This document shows positions 56,151-62,937 of a DNA stretch of 62,937 nucleotides, piece after piece. Every line of letters begins with the position of its first letter. The first letter of the stretch is position 1. The notes under the pieces were generated by a model. It had not been told where the DNA came from and ran no database searches. It worked only from the letters and a program-made list of their open reading frames with translations. Source of the DNA: a virus (Duplodnaviria; Caudoviricetes); IMG/VR virus record IMGVR_UViG_3300031774_000009, positions 1 through 62,937 of that record; one strand, 5' to 3'. The translations under genes and the position numbers were made by a program.

Positions 56151-59100
56151 ATGTCAACTTCTGGTGCAACTCAAGAACAACTCGAAAAATTAAGAAAATA
56201 TCCTACTTTTCAAACAGTATGCCCTACGTCTAAAATGGGGCCAAACCCCGGTTTTGCTTTAGAGAATATATCTATGTATCAAACTATCGATTTGTTATGT
56301 GAAGGGGAGATAGAGGGTTTATGTGATAAACATGGTAATTTAATTCAAATTACTTCTGATGCTGCTGCAAATGAAAATGGCTTCAAAGGAATTATTTTAA
56401 ATGATGTTCCAGTAAAAAATACTGATTCTAACACTTTAAATTTTAATAGAACTTTAGCAGATTTTAGAACTGGTCGTGAAAAACAACGCGCTCTTGTAAA
56501 GTTTAATAATCCTGCTTTGTCTTTTTCAAACGCAATTCAGACTGTTAATCTTGATACTAATATGCCGGGCTTGGCTTTAAGTGAGCAATTCATACAAGGG
56601 GGGAGTATTTTTAATGTACAAGGAGGCGATGGACAAACAATAAATTTAGGTCCTAAATGGCAATACGCATACGGCAATTCCTTCAGGCTTGCTGGAAATT
56701 TTATTTATCCGGTGCCTTATTTGGATTCAGTTAATATAATAAGAACGGCTGAAAAAAATCAAGTTATTCATACTAATCATACTGTTACTAATGATTCTGT
56801 AGATTGGGTGCAACTAGATCTAAGTGTCGGCGGTTTAGTATATAATCACAGCGATGGAGACCAAAGTCCTGTCATGGTTAATTTCATCATTAAAACTGGC
56901 TATGCCGATGACGAATTAACTATGGGCGAAGGAGGGTCCGTAGTTTATATGGTAGGATCTATATATGGCATATCTACATCAGGCTACACTCGTAGTTATA
57001 ATATTGTTTTGCCTCCCGCTTTACCTAAAGATAGAAGAGATCGATTTGTAAAAGTATTTAGGATTGACGGTGAGCTAGGAGCGAGAGACGTCAAATTGCA
57101 GAAAAATTTAGCAGTTGCTAGGGTCAGTGAAATAACTGAACAAAACCTTACCTATCCTCATAGTGCTATAATGGGTATGTTATTTGATGCGAGAGCATTT
57201 TCTGCGCCTCCCACTAGAAGATTTGATGTAAAAATGACAAAAGTCAGTGTTCCTAATAATTATAATACTGTAACTCGTCAGTATAGGGGAAATTGGGACG
57301 GAGAATTTGCTACTACTAAAAAATGGACTGATAATCCTGCATGGTGCTTTTATGATTTGGCTACAAATGAAAGATATGGAATAGGAAAATACGGGTTTAA
57401 AGATCAATTTGTGGATCGATGGAACTTATATAGTATAGCAAAATATTGTGATGAATTTGTTCCCACTGGATATTCAGGTAAATATGCGGATATTGACTAT
57501 ACGTGCGAAACAGGAGGAGTAATAGTCACGATTGATGACAGCGGTGCAGACAGATTAGGCAAAGAGGCTTTATTTGAACGTTTCCCCGAAACAGGGTTAG
57601 TTGTTTTTTATCATAATAAAAATGCCAGTGATACAAAAGTAGATAAATCTTACAAGAGACTTATTTTTAATCGAAATTATAGTGCTGATAATATTTTTAC
57701 TTTTAAAATAGTTAAAACTCCCGATGTAGAAGAGGTTTTTGAGGCTTATCCTGCTATTCAAGAGGCTTTTTTAGAGCAGCAAAAAACTAAGTTACAAAAT
57801 GCTTATGCTTATGTTTTAAGTTATTTAAATAACCAGCAAAACAGCACTTCTGATTTTGTAACTACTTATATGGCAGGCGAGCCTTTCGATTCAGAAATTA
57901 GAAAAGGAAGCGCCGCCACTCAATTTCATGGCTTACCACTTTTAGAGCCTCGTTTTAGTTGTAACATATATTTAGATCAAAAACAAAATGCTTTTAATGC
58001 ATTAAATGATATAGCTGCTATTTTCAGAGGAATGCTTTACTGGTCTTCGGGTTACATTTTTGCCGCTAATGATCAAGCTAAGGAGGCTGTCATGCTTTTT
58101 ACTAATGCCAATGTAGCTGACGGCACTTTTGTTTATAGTGGGAGTTCTTTAGCCTCGCGTTCTACAGTCGTTACGGTTCGATATAATGACCGAGATGATA
58201 GCTTTAAGCCGAAAGTAGAATTTGTAGAGGATTCAGCAGGCATAAGAGAGTTTGGCATCGTGGAAAAAGAGGTGGTGGCTTTAGGCGTAACCTCTAGCGG
58301 GCAAGCGAATCGCTTAGCCAAATGGATGCTTTACACGAACCAAACTGAAACCGATACTATTCAATTCACTACAGGGCAAGAAGGCAGCTATTTAAAGCCG
58401 GGAGATGTGGTGAAAGTTCAAGACAAGCTTAAAACTTCCAAAAGATATGGGGGAAGAATTAAGGATATAGATTATGCGGCTAATACTGTTACTTTAGACG
58501 AAGGAATAGAACAAGATATCGTCGGTCAAAAAATAACTTTTATTGTACCTAAAGCCAACACTACGATTAGAGAATTAAATAAAGATGCTAACTCTAAGTT
58601 AAAAATAGCTGTTGAGAATCAAGTTCCTGCTGAGGGTATGACCGCTGAAGAGTTAGACGCCACCAGACAAACTCAAATAAAACAATTTACTGTCGAATCA
58701 GTAAGCGAAACAAATGTTATTACGATTTCTGAAAAGACCGATGAAGATTTTAATTTAGTGGAAAAAGGTTTTATTTGGTCTGTACAAAATACAGTAAGTG
58801 AATATGAAATTGAAGAGGTTGAATATAGATTAATATCTATTAATGAGCAAAGTTTTAATGAGTATCAAATCACAGGCATGATGTACAATAGAAGTAAATT
58901 CGGTGCTGTCGACTATTCTCAAAATTTAACTAAAACTCAACAATCCAAAAATATTACTGTTGACGTGGGGTCTTTGCCCGACCCGTTAGAGGATTTCGGC
59001 AACGGGCCGATTTCAAGTTTTACCACCATTACTAAAGATACTGTTCTTCCAGAATTTGATGCACGTTTTCCCAATATATCTACTTTAGGGGCTTTTGGGG

Positions 59101-59360
59101 CCTCATCAATTAAAAATATTTATTTAACCTTAAATTTTGCTCAATTAGCCGCCGATAATAGTGTAAATAAAACAAATACAGGAGGTTATATAGTAGAAGT
59201 GTACAAAGCCTCTGGAGAGAAAGTGAGGTTTAGTTTGGATGGATTTGACAATACGGAAGCCACAATTTTAGTAGGAACAGAGCAAGATTCAGCTAATATG
59301 ACATTTGATATTTATAGATATGATCCATCGAAACGACTTAACGCGGGATTAAGTAATTAA
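56151..59360 (+). CDS. host specificity/central tail protein J-like
   Basis: DLLCEGEIEGL, LTYPHSA, WTDNPAWCFYDL, EPRFSCN, LFTNANV, GVTSSGQANRLAKW, LKPGDVV. Confidence 0.9.
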   Translation: MSTSGATQEQLEKLRKYPTFQTVCPTSKMGPNPGFALENISMYQTIDLLCEGEIEGLCDKHGNLIQITSDAAANENGFKGIILNDVPVKNTDSNTLNFNRTLADFRTGREKQRALVKFNNPALSFSNAIQTVNLDTNMPGLALSEQFIQGGSIFNVQGGDGQTINLGPKWQYAYGNSFRLAGNFIYPVPYLDSVNIIRTAEKNQVIHTNHTVTNDSVDWVQLDLSVGGLVYNHSDGDQSPVMVNFIIKTGYADDELTMGEGGSVVYMVGSIYGISTSGYTRSYNIVLPPALPKDRRDRFVKVFRIDGELGARDVKLQKNLAVARVSEITEQNLTYPHSAIMGMLFDARAFSAPPTRRFDVKMTKVSVPNNYNTVTRQYRGNWDGEFATTKKWTDNPAWCFYDLATNERYGIGKYGFKDQFVDRWNLYSIAKYCDEFVPTGYSGKYADIDYTCETGGVIVTIDDSGADRLGKEALFERFPETGLVVFYHNKNASDTKVDKSYKRLIFNRNYSADNIFTFKIVKTPDVEEVFEAYPAIQEAFLEQQKTKLQNAYAYVLSYLNNQQNSTSDFVTTYMAGEPFDSEIRKGSAATQFHGLPLLEPRFSCNIYLDQKQNAFNALNDIAAIFRGMLYWSSGYIFAANDQAKEAVMLFTNANVADGTFVYSGSSLASRSTVVTVRYNDRDDSFKPKVEFVEDSAGIREFGIVEKEVVALGVTSSGQANRLAKWMLYTNQTETDTIQFTTGQEGSYLKPGDVVKVQDKLKTSKRYGGRIKDIDYAANTVTLDEGIEQDIVGQKITFIVPKANTTIRELNKDANSKLKIAVENQVPAEGMTAEELDATRQTQIKQFTVESVSETNVITISEKTDEDFNLVEKGFIWSVQNTVSEYEIEEVEYRLISINEQSFNEYQITGMMYNRSKFGAVDYSQNLTKTQQSKNITVDVGSLPDPLEDFGNGPISSFTTITKDTVLPEFDARFPNISTLGAFGASSIKNIYLTLNFAQLAADNSVNKTNTGGYIVEVYKASGEKVRFSLDGFDNTEATILVGTEQDSANMTFDIYRYDPSKRLNAGLSN

Positions 59361-59362
59361 AA

Positions 59363-62300
59363 ATGCCTAAATTTAAACAATTTATTGATGTCCAGCCGCC
59401 CGATTATGGAGCGGCTTTAAAAGTTTCAGGATTTTTTATTGCTAATGAGGCGGACAACGCTCCTCTTAAAGAGCCTTTTTCTTACAATTCCGCATTACCG
59501 TTGTTTAGTAGCGGCAGCGGAATCAGTTCGGATGTTCGTGTGGCTAGCGGGGAATTTTTTATAGGAGATCCTTTGTTGAGGTGGAATTTAGTGAACCCAG
59601 TAGATGGTAGCATTTTTTCTCCTGATGATTTATATTCTTTAAGTGCATTTGAGGGTTTTGAGGTTAATTTAAGAAGTGAGACTGGTACACTCATTAGTAC
59701 TATGGCTACGGGAGATGGGAAATCTGCTGAATTACAACTTAGCACTAATCAACTTACCAATTTATTTTCTTTTTATCCTCACCAACCTAACAGTGAAGAT
59801 TCTAATGACGCCGGTATACATAAGCGGCGTTTTCAAGTAGAGGTTATTTCTACCGATTATTATGGCCGTAAAGACACCGGTATTTGTTTTTTAAATAATA
59901 AATCTCCTGATGTTACAAGGGGTACCGTTAGTGTTGGCGACCAAATACAGTTAAACTTAAGCTCCACTAAAAGTTCTGGATTATTAAGTGCTTACATATA
60001 TGGTTCCACTGACCAAGATTTTCGTATTGATGATATATCCGGTTATAGCAGCCCGCAAGTTAGTCACTATTTTGACTTAACATTAGAGGATAATCCAAAT
60101 TTAAATTTTAGCTTTTCGGCTCCTCAGACCTCTGGTTTTTATTACGGTGCAATCTTAGAAGATAGTTTCGGAACAGGTCAAGCTTATTATTACCCCTCTT
60201 CATTAAAGCCTTTTGCTATAGATCCTTTAATTAATAATATTAATACAAGTGGATTTGAGGGTAGGGTTCTAGCGGCCAGAGATACTTTTAATAAAGTTGT
60301 CGATACTCAAGTATTAGCCAAATTTGCAAAAGATTTAACAGATGATGATATTTATTATCAAGTAAAGATAATAGAAAGCGGCAAGCTTTTTGATAAAAGT
60401 GATTTTATTCAAGTGGATGTGCCCACGGTTAAAGGGATCGACAGATTCATTCACGGCACAGGTTCAGGTCGCTTAGATAAAAGATTTTTTGACATTAACA
60501 CTACCTTGCAGGATTATGCTTATAGTGGAGCTTCGGCTACTCCTATTTTTTCTGCCTATGAGACTGTTGGATTACAATGGTTAGATCATACTATAATTTT
60601 AGATCCCTATGAAAATATTCCGCCGGGATCATTAACGGGGCAGCCCTCTGTTACAGAGGTAGCCATTGCTGCTGGAAATACTACAAGTTCTCGAATATTC
60701 TGGGGAGGAGAATTTGATACGGGCACTCAAGAGTATGTGATTTGGCAAAATCTTTTGAGTCAAGGGGCGTTAGTCTCAGGAGACCTTTATTCAGGAACTT
60801 ATCTTACAGGCCAGACAGGAACAGCAACTTACACTTCCGGCTCCCAATCAGTTAGTGGCCCTACGGCTGGAACGGGAGGAATTATGGGAGATCTTACCGG
60901 AGTATTAGTTACTACTAATTATTCAGGAATGATTGTTCCAGAATATGAGCCTCACTTTATATACCCTGTTCATGACTATGCTAATTATGAATTTAGCGTG
61001 AGAACAGTTACTCCTCAAGGTTTGTCACCTTTTGGAGATATTCTTAAATTTAATTCAGGAGATATTATTGCAGGAATTACCGGCGGGGGATTTCCTACTG
61101 GTTTGTTTGACGGGGATACGAATAGCGGCGTTGCGGTATATAATGCTGCAACAGATAATTTAAATATTAGTCAATATGTCACTCTTGATGATGCGGGTAT
61201 TCCTGTACAAATCGAAAAAGTTGGAACAGCAAATGAAAAAGAGACTTTACTATTATTAAAAGCAGGAACAAGTAATAGGCCTTCTATTCAATTTAGTGAG
61301 ACTTCTTCTGATACCGCTGGAATGTCTTTGGAATATTATGGTGTTGGTAGTGACAATGCAATACATTTTAATCCTCAAAGCGATGCTGATCCGCCTGTTG
61401 CAAAATTCTTTGATGATGGCAATACAAATTTAGCTGGAGATTTATGGGTATCAGGAGCTTTGACTGTAGAAGACTTAAACGCAAAGACTGCAGAAACAGG
61501 CTATCTTGTTATTGATAGTAATAATAAAGTTTTTACTCAGGTAGGTAGCGCTGGCTCTCAAGGCACTCAAGGAAGCACCGGTTCTCAAGGTACTACTGGT
61601 GATTCGTTTTGGACGCGGGACTCGGGTAATGGGGAAATTTATCCTACCACTATTACTGATGAAGTTCTTGTTGGTGGCTCTAACGCTATGGGTCCACTTG
61701 GGAGTTGGAGTTGGACACCTTTATTGCAACAACTTGGAACTCAGGGGATTGCTTCTATCCGATGTGCTCCTGACGTTTATGGTGGAGCATTACATTTGAC
61801 ATCAGCTAGGGGTAGTAATGCTTCTCCCACTATTATTTTGGATGATGATCGAGCAGGAGGAATATATTTTCATGCTTTTGATGGGGTAGATTTTAAAAAT
61901 TCGCCTGCTGCAATAGAGTGTTTTATGGATGGAACCATAGGAGCAGACAGTACTCCGGGTAGGTTAGTCTTTGGAACAACGGGTGCTGGCGCTAATCATT
62001 GGACAGCGCGAATGACTATTTTGGCGGACGGTAATGTTGGTATCGGTATTGCTACTCCAAGCTCAATATTACATGTCGCTGGAACAACGAATGATGGAAA
62101 TACTTTGGGACAGTTTTTTCAGTCAGGGACAGGAAGAGGGCTTCATGTTTCAAGGACTGTTGCTTCAGCAACAAGACAACTGGTTAGCTTTACCCAGCTC
62201 TCCGCCACGGGAGGGTCAACACCTGTAGTTCACATCCAGCAAGCTGACACGGGAGAGACGGCACTTGCAATTAGTACGGACGGATCAACAGAAAACTTTA

Positions 62301-62937
62301 CGGTGTCGGATGTAGGTGAGGTTTATGCAAAGGGTAGTGTTGGTATAGGAACAAGTAGCCCAACCACATTGCTTCACACTAGTCGTCCTGCCGTCGGCCT
62401 AACCGGCTCAGCAGTCACAGCTTTGACTACTACTACAGCTTTAGACATAGGCGTTAAATTAAGTTTTACAGGTGGAGCTAATTCGAACAATAATATAATT
62501 GGGGGCATTTCTTTAGGCAACACTGGAGAGGAGTATGCGGGCCTATATGCTTTAGATGGAGGTTCGGGTGCTGCTACCCATTTAGCATTCTTTGTTGGGA
62601 CCACAAGTGGAATAACTGAAGCAGTTAAAATAGATTCAAGTGGAGCAATTAAGTTTAATACTTATGGTTCGGGAACTCACACCGGAACTGCCGCAAAGTT
62701 CTTAGCGGTTGACAGCGCTGGTAATGTAATCGAAGAAGCGGCTGCTACAGGTTCTCAAGGTATTCAAGGTGCGCAAGGTATTCAAGGTACCACCGGTACT
62801 CAAGGTACCACCGGTACTCAAGGTACCACTGGTACTCAAGGTACCACTGGTACTCAAGGTACCACTGGTACTCAAGGTACCACCGGTACTCAAGGTACCA
62901 CCGGTACTCAAGGTACCACTGGTACTCAAGGTACCAC
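59363..62937 (+). CDS. long tail fibre protein with collagen-like repeats, truncated by window end
   Basis: ATG 59363 (MPKFKQFIDVQPPDY); same frame encodes GNVGIGIATP, GSVGIGTSSP and (QGTTGT)n at the end; absent from the ORF track because no stop is reached. Confidence 0.8.
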   Translation, partial: MPKFKQFIDVQPPDYGAALKVSGFFIANEADNAPLKEPFSYNSALPLFSSGSGISSDVRVASGEFFIGDPLLRWNLVNPVDGSIFSPDDLYSLSAFEGFEVNLRSETGTLISTMATGDGKSAELQLSTNQLTNLFSFYPHQPNSEDSNDAGIHKRRFQVEVISTDYYGRKDTGICFLNNKSPDVTRGTVSVGDQIQLNLSSTKSSGLLSAYIYGSTDQDFRIDDISGYSSPQVSHYFDLTLEDNPNLNFSFSAPQTSGFYYGAILEDSFGTGQAYYYPSSLKPFAIDPLINNINTSGFEGRVLAARDTFNKVVDTQVLAKFAKDLTDDDIYYQVKIIESGKLFDKSDFIQVDVPTVKGIDRFIHGTGSGRLDKRFFDINTTLQDYAYSGASATPIFSAYETVGLQWLDHTIILDPYENIPPGSLTGQPSVTEVAIAAGNTTSSRIFWGGEFDTGTQEYVIWQNLLSQGALVSGDLYSGTYLTGQTGTATYTSGSQSVSGPTAGTGGIMGDLTGVLVTTNYSGMIVPEYEPHFIYPVHDYANYEFSVRTVTPQGLSPFGDILKFNSGDIIAGITGGGFPTGLFDGDTNSGVAVYNAATDNLNISQYVTLDDAGIPVQIEKVGTANEKETLLLLKAGTSNRPSIQFSETSSDTAGMSLEYYGVGSDNAIHFNPQSDADPPVAKFFDDGNTNLAGDLWVSGALTVEDLNAKTAETGYLVIDSNNKVFTQVGSAGSQGTQGSTGSQGTTGDSFWTRDSGNGEIYPTTITDEVLVGGSNAMGPLGSWSWTPLLQQLGTQGIASIRCAPDVYGGALHLTSARGSNASPTIILDDDRAGGIYFHAFDGVDFKNSPAAIECFMDGTIGADSTPGRLVFGTTGAGANHWTARMTILADGNVGIGIATPSSILHVAGTTNDGNTLGQFFQSGTGRGLHVSRTVASATRQLVSFTQLSATGGSTPVVHIQQADTGETALAISTDGSTENFTVSDVGEVYAKGSVGIGTSSPTTLLHTSRPAVGLTGSAVTALTTTTALDIGVKLSFTGGANSNNNIIGGISLGNTGEEYAGLYALDGGSGAATHLAFFVGTTSGITEAVKIDSSGAIKFNTYGSGTHTGTAAKFLAVDSAGNVIEEAAATGSQGIQGAQGIQGTTGTQGTTGTQGTTGTQGTTGTQGTTGTQGTTGTQGTTGTQGTTGTQGT
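62783..62937 (+). repeat. 18-bp tandem repeat CAAGGTACCACYGGTACT (~8.6 copies)
   Basis: encodes QGTTGT Gly-X-Y repeats; the window ends inside it. Confidence 0.95.

Noticed and set aside
38629-62929. many short minus-strand or off-frame ORFs within structural genes (including 62702-62929 STGGTL repeat ORF)
   Set aside because: Antisense or alternative-frame shadows of long, well-supported genes
1-62937. alternative genetic code, integrase/lysogeny module, diversity-generating retroelement
   Set aside because: Standard code gives dense intact ORFs; no recombinase, reverse transcriptase or template/variable repeat pair was recognised in the window

Overview
The window is a partial genome (both ends truncated, no DNA replication genes) of a large, AT-rich tailed dsDNA phage with a lambda-like siphovirus tail tip. 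Several host-like accessory genes suggest a Verrucomicrobiota/PVC host (inference only). Region 1-7050 is a minus-strand early/host-takeover-like array of about 25 tiny genes. Twelve of them sit 8-13 nt behind their own sigma70-type promoter with no Shine-Dalgarno, and ten begin ATGAG(A/G)GA (MRD/MRE). The array is punctuated by four 49-bp hairpin repeats and contains a ~400-bp structured non-coding stretch. Region 7270-21500 is accessory: FkbM methyltransferase, C-type lectin, orphan restriction-like nuclease, ferredoxin, GT10 and GT4 glycosyltransferases, outer-membrane beta-barrel, 2OG-Fe(II) oxygenase, MscS-like protein, secreted helical proteins behind a sigma54-type promoter, and PhoH. 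Region 21500-62937 holds a phage sigma factor, an ERCC4 nuclease, terminase, portal, protease/scaffold and capsid, an inverted neck/tail-tube block, a 2273-aa tape measure with internal GYVPNF repeats, gpM/L/K/I/J-like tail tip genes and a collagen-repeat tail fibre running off the end. A GTGTAW motif precedes many middle/late genes. All product calls come from motif recognition by eye; no database searches were run.
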